A stretch of DNA of 64,000 bases from Alphaproteobacteria bacterium (GCA_015062335.1 SUUU01000001.1:12312-76311); one strand, 5' to 3'. Positions 49,042-63,845 are shown, counted from the first letter of the stretch. Translations and numbers: made by a program. The notes: generated from the sequence alone by a model not told the origin.

Positions 49042-50400
49042 TCAACACACTTTCCAGGTCGTACCGTTTTTTGTGTCTTCGATTTTTATATGCTTTGATA
49101 ACAGATGATTCCTTATTTCATCGGCTTTTGCGTAGTCTTTTTTTTGCTTAGCCAAATTTCTTTCAAAGATCAATTTTTCAATTTCTTTTTCTGGTATCTC
49201 TGTTGCTTGTTTAAACCAATTTGTTCTTTGTAATAATCCAAGCAAATTTGCACTATTTTTTAGTTGTGTGCACAATTCATCAATTTCGTTCTGATCCGAC
49301 GATTTGAAAATTTGATCCACAATTTGTCCAATTTGAGATAGTGCCAGCGGAGTATTTAAATTCGAACACAATGCATCCAATACAGAATTCGGAACAGCCG
49401 ATTCAACAATAATATTCTTGCGTAAACTCAAAGCTCCATACATTCGATTTAAAGCATGCTTCGCTTGCAAAACTAACTGATCTGTCCAATTTAATGTCTT
49501 TTGATAGTGAGATGACAGCAGTGCGTAACGCACAATTTCCCCATCATAAACCCCTAAAATATCTTTCAACGAGATAATGTTACCAACGGATTTCGACATT
49601 TTCTGATTATCTACCAATAACAATCCATTATGAATCCAGTAATTTGCCATCAAACATCCGAATGCCCCAAAATTTTGAGCTATTTCGTTTTCGTGATGAG
49701 GAAATATTAAATCTTGCCCGCCCGCATGAATATCGAAACATTTTCCAAGATATTTTGAACTCATTACCGAACACTCAATATGCCAACCAGGACGTCCCGC
49801 ACCAAATTGACTATCCCAAAATGGTTCCCCTTCTTTGGATGGTTTCCACAAAACAAAATCCAGCGGATCCTCCTTGTACGATGCAATCTCCACACGGCTG
49901 CCAGGTATCATGTCTTCTACCGATCGTTTGGATAGCATACCGTATTGATTTAGCGCCTTTACTCGAAACAATACATGGCCGTTAGATTGATATGCAAAAC
50001 CTTTATCCACCAATCTTTGAATAAATTGCAACATGTCAGGAACGTGAAAAGTTGCTCTGGGTTCAACCGTTGTCGGCAAAATATTAAGGAACTCGATATT
50101 TCTATGAAATTCAGCAAGTACTTCATCCGTTAATTGTCGAATAGAAATACCCCTTTCTTGTGCCCTCTTGTTGATTTTATCATCTACATCAGTAACATTT
50201 CTAACGTACGAAACTCTTTTATACAAACGCTGCAGTACTCTGAATAACACATCAACAATCACTAATGGTCTTGCATTTCCTATATGCGGACTTGCGTACA
50301 CCGTTGGCCCGCAAGCATACATTTTCACATGTTCGGAATCGATAGGTTTAAATTCTTCAATTGCATTTGTTAAGGAATTATATAAAGACAACGTCTTCAT
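49042..50400 (-). CDS. cysS: cysteine--tRNA ligase
   Basis: 452 aa. MYACGPTVYASPHIGNARP (HIGH), KMSKSVGN, GWHIECS zinc site. Confidence 0.96.
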   Translation of the reverse strand: MKTLSLYNSLTNAIEEFKPIDSEHVKMYACGPTVYASPHIGNARPLVIVDVLFRVLQRLYKRVSYVRNVTDVDDKINKRAQERGISIRQLTDEVLAEFHRNIEFLNILPTTVEPRATFHVPDMLQFIQRLVDKGFAYQSNGHVLFRVKALNQYGMLSKRSVEDMIPGSRVEIASYKEDPLDFVLWKPSKEGEPFWDSQFGAGRPGWHIECSVMSSKYLGKCFDIHAGGQDLIFPHHENEIAQNFGAFGCLMANYWIHNGLLLVDNQKMSKSVGNIISLKDILGVYDGEIVRYALLSSHYQKTLNWTDQLVLQAKHALNRMYGALSLRKNIIVESAVPNSVLDALCSNLNTPLALSQIGQIVDQIFKSSDQNEIDELCTQLKNSANLLGLLQRTNWFKQATEIPEKEIEKLIFERNLAKQKKDYAKADEIRNHLLSKHIKIEDTKNGTTWKVC

Positions 50401-51731
50401 CGCAGATTATTCTCCAACCTGGCTTTTATGGCTTGATATCCTAATAACTCAAATATTTTTTTCAACTCTGGCCCCTTATCTCGGCCGGTAAGTGCTACGC
50501 GAATCGGATGAAACAGGTCTTTTCCTTTCCGCCCTGTTGTAGTTTTCAACTGTTGCAACCATTCATCGTAACTTATGTCAACGGTGAGAATATCAAGCAT
50601 TTGCCGAACATAATCCTTTTCCTCACAACAAACTTTTAAAGGGTTAAAGAAAACCTCTGCCCAAAACGAAATATCGTTAACTGTGGTTATGTTTCCCTTG
50701 ATTGTGTTCCAAAACAACTCAGATTTATCTCCGATATCAAGAGGCTTAATGTAGCTTTCAACATCTTTAAAAGACTTATTTGCGACAATTTTTTTAGATA
50801 ACTGCTTAACGTCATCCACGTTAAACTTAGGAGATGATAGGCTCATTTTCTTAAACGAAAACTTTGAAATCAAATCATCTAGAGTATCGTTATAATTTGC
50901 ATTGCTTGAAGTACCAAGGGTCGCCAGTAAATTTAATATAGCTTGAGGCTCAATTCCCATACTTCGAAGATTTACCATACTTAAAGAAGAGCTGGTTCTC
51001 TTCGAAACTTCTTGACCGTCAAATGCAGATAATAATGGAACATGCGCAAACTCCGGATTTTTTTCGGAAATTGCTCTAAAAATATCAATTTGTGCAGCGG
51101 TATTGGTTATGTGATCATCTCCACGGATAATGTGAGTAATTCCGATATTAATATCATCCACAACGGAAGCAAAAGTATAAACATAAGATCCATCGGGCTT
51201 AATCAAAATCGGATCGCTGATACTATTTAATGGTATAGATATTGTCCCATGAACAAGATCGCTCCACTCTACAACCGACTGATCATTCAGTTTAAACCTC
51301 CAATATTTTTGTACACCTTTCGCTTCAAGTTTCGCAATTTCTGATTCTGTTAATCTTAATGACGCGCGATCGTAAACCGGAGGAATCCCTTTGCTTGACT
51401 GAATTCTCTTTTTTAATGACAATTCATCTTTTGTTTCATAGCACGGATACACTCTGCCGATACTCTTTAAATATTCCATAGCGGAGTTATATTGGTCCAT
51501 GCGGTTAGATTGTTTATAGAATTCATTCCAATGCAAGCCCAACCATTTCAAATCATCAATAATTTGATTTTCAGACTCCAGCGTAGACCTTTCTCTATCC
51601 GTATCATCAATGCGTAAAACAAAACTACCGCCGAAATGTTTTGCAAATAGATAATTTAATGTAGCAATTCGAACATTTCCCACATGCAGTAACCCTGTTG
51701 GAGACGGTGCAAATCTAACCTTAATCGACAT
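50397..51731 (-). CDS. gltX: glutamate--tRNA ligase (paralog 2)
   Basis: 444 aa. VRFAPSPTGLLHVGNVRIATLNY. The KMSKS position reads EVSKRTS. An anticodon-binding domain is present. 4-nt overlap with cysS. Confidence 0.88.
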   Translation of the reverse strand: MSIKVRFAPSPTGLLHVGNVRIATLNYLFAKHFGGSFVLRIDDTDRERSTLESENQIIDDLKWLGLHWNEFYKQSNRMDQYNSAMEYLKSIGRVYPCYETKDELSLKKRIQSSKGIPPVYDRASLRLTESEIAKLEAKGVQKYWRFKLNDQSVVEWSDLVHGTISIPLNSISDPILIKPDGSYVYTFASVVDDINIGITHIIRGDDHITNTAAQIDIFRAISEKNPEFAHVPLLSAFDGQEVSKRTSSSLSMVNLRSMGIEPQAILNLLATLGTSSNANYNDTLDDLISKFSFKKMSLSSPKFNVDDVKQLSKKIVANKSFKDVESYIKPLDIGDKSELFWNTIKGNITTVNDISFWAEVFFNPLKVCCEEKDYVRQMLDILTVDISYDEWLQQLKTTTGRKGKDLFHPIRVALTGRDKGPELKKIFELLGYQAIKARLENNLR

Positions 51732-51753
51732 ATCAACTTCCCTAATTCTTTTT

Positions 51754-54048
51754 TTAAGACTTTTTCAATAATCGCTGCCACCAGCCTGTCTTTTTTTTAG
51801 GTTCATCAAAGTTTTCAGGCATATCTAATTGCCCATTATTGCTTACTCTGTATGATTCCAACATTTTATTGGTTAATTCTTTTTGATGTTCATCGATAAA
51901 ACTAAAAGCGTTAAAATCCACTTTGCCTTCTTTCAACTCCGGTTTTTGCTCCAAAGATTTAGCAGAAGATTTCATCTTCATTCCAGGTTCGACAATTTTT
52001 TCAGTCAACGATTTGTTTAATTGATTTTCCTCTTCATTTTCCCTTTTTTTGCGAGTTTGTCGCCGACTTCCATCAATTGAGCCCTCCCTCCTTTGCATAA
52101 TTGAATTTTTACTTGTCTTTTTTACTGGAACTGACATAACAGACTGATTTTCGACATTATCATGACTATCAGCCGTCAACGAAGTATCTTCTTCTTTACG
52201 CGGAGACGGATTCCCTTTCTTCTTGGATACTGTTTTTACGGTTTTAACCTTTGTTTCGTTTTGTGGCGACTCATCATCACTTAGTGCTTCACTTTTTGGT
52301 TCATCAATTTTTATTTCAACTTTTTTTGAATTTTTTTCGCGAGAAATCCGAGTTGTTTTACGAGAAGACTTTTTTTCAGTATCAACGACACTCTCGCCTG
52401 AATCTTGAACATTTGCATCAACGATGGAATCATCGGCATTTACTTCGTTAACCATCTGTCGTTCTACAACTGGTTCAATGCGAAAATCCACCGGAGCAAT
52501 GCCAGAATCAGTGTTAAAATAAATTTTTAAATTTCCGCGAGACTCTATCATTGATAAAAATGGTCTTTTACAATTTAACAAGTATAAGGCAACATTTGGT
52601 GATAAAGTTACCTTAACCTCTTTTATATTCTTTCCCGAACAAGATTCTTCAATTTTACGTAATAACTGAACAGATAATGACTCATCAGTCCACATAAAGC
52701 CAGTTCCTCTGCAATAAGGACAATTCACCATATTTGCATCGACGATACTTGACCTCAATCGTTGACGTGAAAACTCCAATAGGCCAAAATTACTGATAGT
52801 TCCAACCTGAATTTTCGCTTTGTCACTACGCAACGCTTCTCTCATTTGTTTTTCCACTTGGGAATTGTTGCGCTTTTCATCCATATCGATAAAATCAACG
52901 ACTATTAATCCCGCAAGATCTCTGAGTCGGCACTGTCTTGCTATCTCTACAGCAGCTTCCAAATTAGTTTTTAATGCTGTCCCGGAAATATTACGTTCCT
53001 TTGTGGATTTTCCTGAGTTAACGTCAATTGATATCAAAGCTTCAGTATTGTTGATAATGATGTACCCTCCGGATGGTAAATCCACCCTGGTAGAATATAT
53101 TTGATTAATTTGTTCATTCAGCTTGTACTTACTAAAAAGAGGAAAGTCGGAATCATCATGTAATTTTACCTTTTTCGAATGACTAGGCATTAACTTTTTC
53201 ATAAAGTTTTTAGCTGTTTTATATCCTTCTTCACCTTCCACTACGATTTCATCAATATCTTTAGTGTACATATCACGAATTGAACGCTTAATAAGACTAG
53301 ACTCTTCATGAATTAAACAAGGTGCAATAGCCCGCAATGTTGTTTCCCTGATTTCATTCCACAATTTAGTAAGATAATCAAAGTCTTTCGTAATTTCGGA
53401 TTTCGTATGTCCAACACCGGCCGTGCGAATCACAACACTTCCATTTGGTACAGAAAGTCCCGATACTATCTTCTTTAGCTTCATACGATCTGTGGAGTTG
53501 GTCACCTTTCTGGAAACTCCGCTACCCTTTGCAGTATTAGGCATCAAAACACAATACCTGCCCGCAAGAGAAATATATGTCGTGACGGCAGCACCTTTGT
53601 TTCCTCGTTCTTCTTTTGTGACTTGAACCAACATAATTTGCCGTTTTTTTATTACTTCCTGAATTTTATATTTCCTATAAAACTGATAGCGCAATTTTGC
53701 AATTTCTTTTGGTTCCAGATCATCAATGCTTTGTTCTGTTTCCGCCGCGTAAGACGCTATCGCATTTTGCAGATGCGCATCCAATTCTTCACGATCGCCA
53801 ACGGGAATCTGAAAATAATCATGGCTAATCTCACTAAAACTCAAAAAACCATGACGATTCCCACCATAATCAATAAAAGCAGCCTGTAAAGAAGGCTCTA
53901 CCCTTATCACTTTCGCAAGATATATGTTTCCTTTTACCTGCGTCTTAGACGCTGTTTCAAAATCAAATTTATCTAATTTTCCATCTGATGTTAAACCAAT
54001 TCTTACTTCTTCCGGATGCGCCGCATCTATTAACATTTTTTTTGACAT
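51754..54048 (-). CDS. rne: ribonuclease E (RNase E/G family) with K/E/S-rich low-complexity C-terminal tail
   Basis: 764 aa from the ATG at 54048 (GGAG 6 nt upstream). KMLIDAAHPEEVRIGL, S1 domain GNIYLAKVIRVEPSLQAAFIDYG, DNase-I-like/Zn-link CPYCRGTG. The last roughly 250 aa are low-complexity. Confidence 0.93.
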   Translation of the reverse strand: MSKKMLIDAAHPEEVRIGLTSDGKLDKFDFETASKTQVKGNIYLAKVIRVEPSLQAAFIDYGGNRHGFLSFSEISHDYFQIPVGDREELDAHLQNAIASYAAETEQSIDDLEPKEIAKLRYQFYRKYKIQEVIKKRQIMLVQVTKEERGNKGAAVTTYISLAGRYCVLMPNTAKGSGVSRKVTNSTDRMKLKKIVSGLSVPNGSVVIRTAGVGHTKSEITKDFDYLTKLWNEIRETTLRAIAPCLIHEESSLIKRSIRDMYTKDIDEIVVEGEEGYKTAKNFMKKLMPSHSKKVKLHDDSDFPLFSKYKLNEQINQIYSTRVDLPSGGYIIINNTEALISIDVNSGKSTKERNISGTALKTNLEAAVEIARQCRLRDLAGLIVVDFIDMDEKRNNSQVEKQMREALRSDKAKIQVGTISNFGLLEFSRQRLRSSIVDANMVNCPYCRGTGFMWTDESLSVQLLRKIEESCSGKNIKEVKVTLSPNVALYLLNCKRPFLSMIESRGNLKIYFNTDSGIAPVDFRIEPVVERQMVNEVNADDSIVDANVQDSGESVVDTEKKSSRKTTRISREKNSKKVEIKIDEPKSEALSDDESPQNETKVKTVKTVSKKKGNPSPRKEEDTSLTADSHDNVENQSVMSVPVKKTSKNSIMQRREGSIDGSRRQTRKKRENEEENQLNKSLTEKIVEPGMKMKSSAKSLEQKPELKEGKVDFNAFSFIDEHQKELTNKMLESYRVSNNGQLDMPENFDEPKKKTGWWQRLLKKS

Positions 54049-54565
54049 AATATACTCCATTAATTTTGTAAGGAGCGAGCCAAAGAACTCTCTTAAATTC
54101 AGTAATCTGACCAAGCAATTTAAAAACTAGCAACAACGCTGAAAAAATGGCAAATTCTGCGATAATTAACTCATAATCGTAAAGCATAAACTCCCTTAAT
54201 GCTCCTTACCATACAACAAACCACTGACTCAATCAGTGAACCTAAACTTATAAAGGCATAAAACCCCCGTGCCCATTCTATATAATAGAGAGATAAGTGT
54301 AAATAGTGATGTACAAGCGTGTATAGGTTTATAACAAAGAAACATGAGGCCCAATGAGCTTTTAACACGAGAGAGTTTTTGCTTTATCTTTATATAAATA
54401 AGCTACAGTTAAGCTGTATAATGATGAGTTATTGTGACCTAACGCAACTTATGGTTTCCAAGTGAAATTTAAAGATAATTTGTGTCTTCTGGAAGTTATT
54501 CCAACAACCCTATTGGAACAGCATGGCTTAAAACTGAATCAAACACGATATCTTTGAGAAGGTTT
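54049..54565 (-). promoter_or_regulatory. long (about 0.5 kb) non-coding region between ligA and rne; putative structured rne 5-prime leader
   Basis: No convincing ORF. Several short hairpins can be read directly: cactga-ctcaa-tcagtg (54222-54238), tacag-ttaag-ctgta (54404-54418), ttccaa-N8-ttggaa (54499-54518). The regulatory role is inferred from RNase E autoregulation through its leader in E. coli. Confidence 0.3.
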
Positions 54566-57845
<3,280 letters not shown>

Positions 57846-58784
57846 TTAATTTACTCTGCCAAAATTTAAAAATTTATTGTTTCTGTGTTCTTTTAGGTCT
57901 GTAATGTTTTGAGCTTTCATCAATACAGCTTTAATACTTTCACCTACTGATTTTATGGTAGCCTCTGAATTTCGATGCGCTCCGCCGACAGGCTCAGGAA
58001 TAACTTCGTCAACAATGTGGAATTTCGCCAAATCTTGAGCTGTCAATTTCAAAGCATTAGCAGCCTCTTCAGCTTTCTCTGATTCTCGATAAAGAATAGA
58101 CGCGCATCCCTCTGGAGATATAACGGAATATATCGAATTCTCAAGCATTAACACATAATTAGCTACAGCAAGTGCTATAGCTCCTCCGGACCCCCCTTCT
58201 CCAATTATAGTAGCAATAATTGGATTTGAAAAATTGAGTGAACGCTCGATACTCCTGGCAATAGCTTCAGCTTGCCCTCTTTCTTCGGCTCCCACACCGG
58301 GATAGGCACCGGCGGTATCGATAAACGTTAATAACGGTAACTTAAATTTATCTGCTAAATCCATTATTCTGCAGGCTTTTCTATATCCCTCTGGATGAGG
58401 CATTCCAAAATTATGAGCGATTCTATCTTCTGTGTTCTTTCCCTTTTCCTGTCCCAAGACTGCAACAGATCTTCCTTTAAATTTACCAATGCCTGCTGTT
58501 ATAGCGAGATCATCACCGAATAATCTATCTCCAGCAAGAGGCACAAAATCATCTATTAGAAAGTTGATATAATCGACAGCTTTTGGACGCTCAGGATGTC
58601 GAGCAACTTGAACTTTTTGCCATGGAGAAAGCGTAGAATAAATTTGTTTGAGTAATTTTTTTTGTTTGATTTCGAGTTTTTTTACTTCTTCTAAGATGTT
58701 CAGATCTTCAGTATTCAGCTTTTTCAGCTCTTGTATCTTAGCATCCAACTCGAATATAGGTCTCTCAAAATCCAAAATAATCAT
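57846..58784 (-). CDS. accA: acetyl-CoA carboxylase carboxyltransferase alpha subunit
   Basis: 312 aa. LDFERPIFELDAKIQELK..., FIDTAGAYPGVGAEERGQAEAIA. Confidence 0.95.
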   Translation of the reverse strand: MIILDFERPIFELDAKIQELKKLNTEDLNILEEVKKLEIKQKKLLKQIYSTLSPWQKVQVARHPERPKAVDYINFLIDDFVPLAGDRLFGDDLAITAGIGKFKGRSVAVLGQEKGKNTEDRIAHNFGMPHPEGYRKACRIMDLADKFKLPLLTFIDTAGAYPGVGAEERGQAEAIARSIERSLNFSNPIIATIIGEGGSGGAIALAVANYVLMLENSIYSVISPEGCASILYRESEKAEEAANALKLTAQDLAKFHIVDEVIPEPVGGAHRNSEATIKSVGESIKAVLMKAQNITDLKEHRNNKFLNFGRVN

Positions 58785-58825
58785 TGCTACTCCCCGTTAT
58801 ATTTTCTCTGACCTTAAAGTCATTA

Positions 58826-59089
58826 TTACCGAGTTTTTCTAAACTTCCAACAATACATGCCGTAAATATTCATAGATAAGTAGGCCGTAAACAACGCTGC
58901 TTGAGGATAACACTCTTTGTAAATGTCATACAAAATCCAGGACATGTTTGCTATCATCCAAACGATGAAACTATACCATTTTTTGCGTGCATTCAAAAAG
59001 GCTCCCGTCAACGAAACGCATGCCGTACACCAACCAAGAATATCGAGAGAACTCGCAGAAGATAAGATTTCAAGGATATTATTAAACAT
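58826..59089 (-). CDS. 87-aa three-TM protein related to the N-terminal repeat of PnuC (nicotinamide riboside transporter family)
   Basis: GGAGG 4 nt upstream of the ATG. Three hydrophobic helices. LNARKKWYSFIVWMIANMSWILYDI...AALFTAYLSMNIYGMYCWKF parallels the PnuC TM1-TM3 region (remembered H. influenzae PnuC ...LLLQVFFFAANIYGWYAWSR). Confidence 0.6.
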   Translation of the reverse strand: MFNNILEILSSASSLDILGWCTACVSLTGAFLNARKKWYSFIVWMIANMSWILYDIYKECYPQAALFTAYLSMNIYGMYCWKFRKTR

Positions 59090-59145
59090 AAGACCTCCAC
59101 CATTAACCCATTAAATGCTAACACACAAAAAGGCAAACACAAATA

Positions 59146-60498
59146 TCAATTTTGAGATCCGACTAACTGCTTATACCACTTTAGTTTTCTGTATCTCAGA
59201 TAAACCAACCCAATATTAATGATTCCAGTTAACGGAATTAAAGTGTAAACAGGACGAATTGAAAGCAAAGATCCTGACAAGTACATTATCCCTGTCGGGA
59301 TCACTACCATCAACCACAATGTGGAAACTTCCACGATTGTCGGAAATTTTGTATCTCCACCGGCAGTTAGCACTCCGGAAAATAAGTAAAATATCCCATC
59401 GGTAAACAGTATTAACCATGAACTGATTAAGACAAATTTTATGTCAGGAATTAAATGAGAAATGTCTCCGTTAGCATGGCTGAAAAATGATATCATCATA
59501 TTTGGATACAAAATAAGGGGAATAGCATACATCGCGCAGACTACCCCATTATATCTTAAAAACAATTTTAACAATCTGACAATTCCCGGTAGATTTTGTT
59601 GACCAATAAAATTTGCGGCTAATGACGTGATTGCACGTCCTGCTCCATCTGCAAAAAAGATAAATGCCATCCATAAAGTCATAACAAAGGTTTCAATCGT
59701 AGCTAGATCTGGCGATGTATGAACAAAACAATACATTATTACATACCATCCTAACAAACTTGTAAATTTACCCAATGAAACAGGCAAACCTACCCTGATA
59801 CATTTCAAAAATAATCTGGGATGAAATGAGAAATCATCTGTGCAAAAATTTTTGCGATTCTCTTTTTTTAAAAATACAACACCAAAAGCAACCAAAAACA
59901 AGAATTCGACAATTACTGTCGCTATCGCTGCCCCCTTCGCCCCCATTGGGCTAATAATTCCCGGAACGCCCAATACGAAGACAACATCCAGCAATGCATT
60001 AATTATATTACCTAAAAGAAAAATGCATATGACAACGTAACTTTGAGCTCTCCCTATAAAAAATGAAGCAACGGCTACAGACATTACATGAAACCCAATA
60101 AACATAAGCAGTATGCGCGTATATACGAGGCCATCCATCTCACAATAACTCGGAAAAATATGAAAATGCTCACACCACAAGCCCATTGGAATAAAAAACA
60201 AAAATGATGCCAATCCTAAATACAACATCTGCCAAGGTGCTCGTGCAGTTTTTTTATATTCACCTAGGCCATTATATTGGCCGGTAAATACAGAGGCTAT
60301 TTGAGCGACACTTGTAATGAGAAAACTAACCGTTGCGACAAAATTTCCACCGAGACTAACAGCATTCACCGCAGTGAGAGAATACAATCCAAGAACTACT
60401 CGATCTACTACGAACATCAAATTGACGGACAATGAAGCAAGAATTAAAGAGAACGCAAATTTCAATATCTCTTTTTGCTGATATTTACATTTATCCAT
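59146..60498 (-). CDS. MATE-family efflux transporter
   Basis: 450 aa from the ATG at 60498, with about 12 TM and MATE-like N-terminal and repeat organisation. The longer ORF-track start (60621) would overlap the divergent dapB start. Confidence 0.7.
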   Translation of the reverse strand: MDKCKYQQKEILKFAFSLILASLSVNLMFVVDRVVLGLYSLTAVNAVSLGGNFVATVSFLITSVAQIASVFTGQYNGLGEYKKTARAPWQMLYLGLASFLFFIPMGLWCEHFHIFPSYCEMDGLVYTRILLMFIGFHVMSVAVASFFIGRAQSYVVICIFLLGNIINALLDVVFVLGVPGIISPMGAKGAAIATVIVEFLFLVAFGVVFLKKENRKNFCTDDFSFHPRLFLKCIRVGLPVSLGKFTSLLGWYVIMYCFVHTSPDLATIETFVMTLWMAFIFFADGAGRAITSLAANFIGQQNLPGIVRLLKLFLRYNGVVCAMYAIPLILYPNMMISFFSHANGDISHLIPDIKFVLISSWLILFTDGIFYLFSGVLTAGGDTKFPTIVEVSTLWLMVVIPTGIMYLSGSLLSIRPVYTLIPLTGIINIGLVYLRYRKLKWYKQLVGSQN

Positions 60499-60559
60499 GA
60501 CTTTCCTAAAGAAAAATACTATTATGAGTATTCTATTATAAAGTGTTAAGGGGTTCAAG

Positions 60560-62253
<1,694 letters not shown>

Positions 62254-62270
62254 TTATTTTATAAATGAAT

Positions 62271-63578
62271 CTAGTTGTTCTGTTCGATATGTGCGTCATT
62301 TCCATTTTGCATATTAGGTGTCAATTTTACAGCAACAATCTGATTTCTTTGTCTGCGTAAAATTTCAATTCTTAATCCGGATAAGGCATAAACCTGACCG
62401 GCATCAGGAATTTTTCTTACTTCGTACATGATATAACCAGCGATAGTCGATGCGGTCTTTTCCGGAATGTCCCAACCGAATTGTCGATTTAAATCTCTGA
62501 TTGGAGTGGCTCCATTTACGATAACACTACCATCAGATTGAATTTTTATATCGTTTTCCAATTCTCCATTGTCATACTCGTCAATGATTTCTCCGACGAT
62601 CTCCTCTAAAATATCTTCAAGAGTAATACACCCGAGAAGATCTCCGTATTCATCAACAACGAGAGCAAAATGCTCTCTTTTTTTCCTGAAATTTTGCAAT
62701 TGATCCAGCAACGAAGTTGTTTCCGGAATGAACCATGGAGTAGAGATCAAATGGGAAATTTTTATCTTGCCAGCATCTCCACTGTATAGTTCTAGCGCTC
62801 GAAAAAAAGTCTTAGCTTTAAGAATGCCTACAATGTTTTCTGGATTGTCTCTCCACAATGGAATTCTGGAAAATGGGCAATTAGCAAGTTCTTTCGCAAT
62901 TTGTTGAGGAGGCATTGAAATATCAATGGTTCTCAAATGCTTCCTGTGCACCATGGCCCTATTGACGAAGACAGTCTCTAAATCCAAAACATTCTTTAAC
63001 ATACTTCTTTTTTGTACTTCGTCTTCTTCGTCACTTACAGAAGAGTGCATCTCGATGGCTCCTCGCAACTCTTCATCAGATTGATCCTCTACAGGTTGTC
63101 CATCGATGTCTACGCCGATTAACTTTAAGGAGAACTTTGCGCATTTTTCCAGGATAATGGTTATAGGTTTTATTATTGACAAAACTTTAGTGATACATGG
63201 AGCAATAAAAAGAGCAAACGGAATAATAAATCTTATTGCCACCATTTTTGGGCAAATTTCAGCATAAACTATGATAATCAAGGCAACGGATGAAGTACAA
63301 ATAGTCCCCATTGTCGGAGATAAATGTTCAAAGGAATACCATGTACTAAATGCCGGAATCAAAAATGATACTAATTGATTTAAAACTAAAATCGTTTCTA
63401 CTGAAAGCGACATATCTTCCTGTAAAGTAATGACTTGTTTTGCCCTCTGATCTCCTTTTTTGGCGAGATGATAAAGATAAGCTTTAGACGCTCCGGTAAT
63501 CGCTGTTTCAGATCCCGATAAAAACGCGGCAACGGACAACAGTATCACGATACCAACAAAAAACAGTATGTGAATCAT
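62271..63578 (-). CDS. tlyC: CNNM/DUF21-CBS-CorC_HlyC family protein (TlyC-like hemolysin family)
   Basis: 435 aa. N-terminal 4-TM DUF21 (FLSGSETAI), CBS pair, C-terminal transporter-associated domain. Confidence 0.85.
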   Translation of the reverse strand: MIHILFFVGIVILLSVAAFLSGSETAITGASKAYLYHLAKKGDQRAKQVITLQEDMSLSVETILVLNQLVSFLIPAFSTWYSFEHLSPTMGTICTSSVALIIIVYAEICPKMVAIRFIIPFALFIAPCITKVLSIIKPITIILEKCAKFSLKLIGVDIDGQPVEDQSDEELRGAIEMHSSVSDEEDEVQKRSMLKNVLDLETVFVNRAMVHRKHLRTIDISMPPQQIAKELANCPFSRIPLWRDNPENIVGILKAKTFFRALELYSGDAGKIKISHLISTPWFIPETTSLLDQLQNFRKKREHFALVVDEYGDLLGCITLEDILEEIVGEIIDEYDNGELENDIKIQSDGSVIVNGATPIRDLNRQFGWDIPEKTASTIAGYIMYEVRKIPDAGQVYALSGLRIEILRRQRNQIVAVKLTPNMQNGNDAHIEQNN

Positions 63579-63701
63579 TTGGAGTTCCGTTGCTTTAAAA
63601 ACTTACGACAGTGATAACGAAAAAAATTGCATAATCGATAGCTTGGCATGTAGTACTTTTTTACCACCTATAATATAATGCCTATCATTGTATAGTTATT
63701 T

Positions 63702-63845
63702 ATGAATATGGTAAAGAGCATGAAATCTTTTTTTGTAGGTTTTGGAGTAATAGGATTCGTGATTATCGTAATTTTAGGTATTGCTTTGTCTGTAGGTATT
63801 CCATCAAATTCGCATGAAGTTATTAAGGAAATTAACCTTAAATAA
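63702..63845 (+). CDS. hypothetical 47-aa single-TM protein immediately upstream of xerC/D
   Basis: My own translation: MNMVKSMKSFFVGFGVIGFVIIVILGIALSVGIPSNSHEVIKEINLK. It stops 2 nt before the recombinase ATG. It is preferred over the antisense 61-aa track ORF (63668-63853), which has no membrane or domain character. Confidence 0.3.
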   Translation: MNMVKSMKSFFVGFGVIGFVIIVILGIALSVGIPSNSHEVIKEINLK

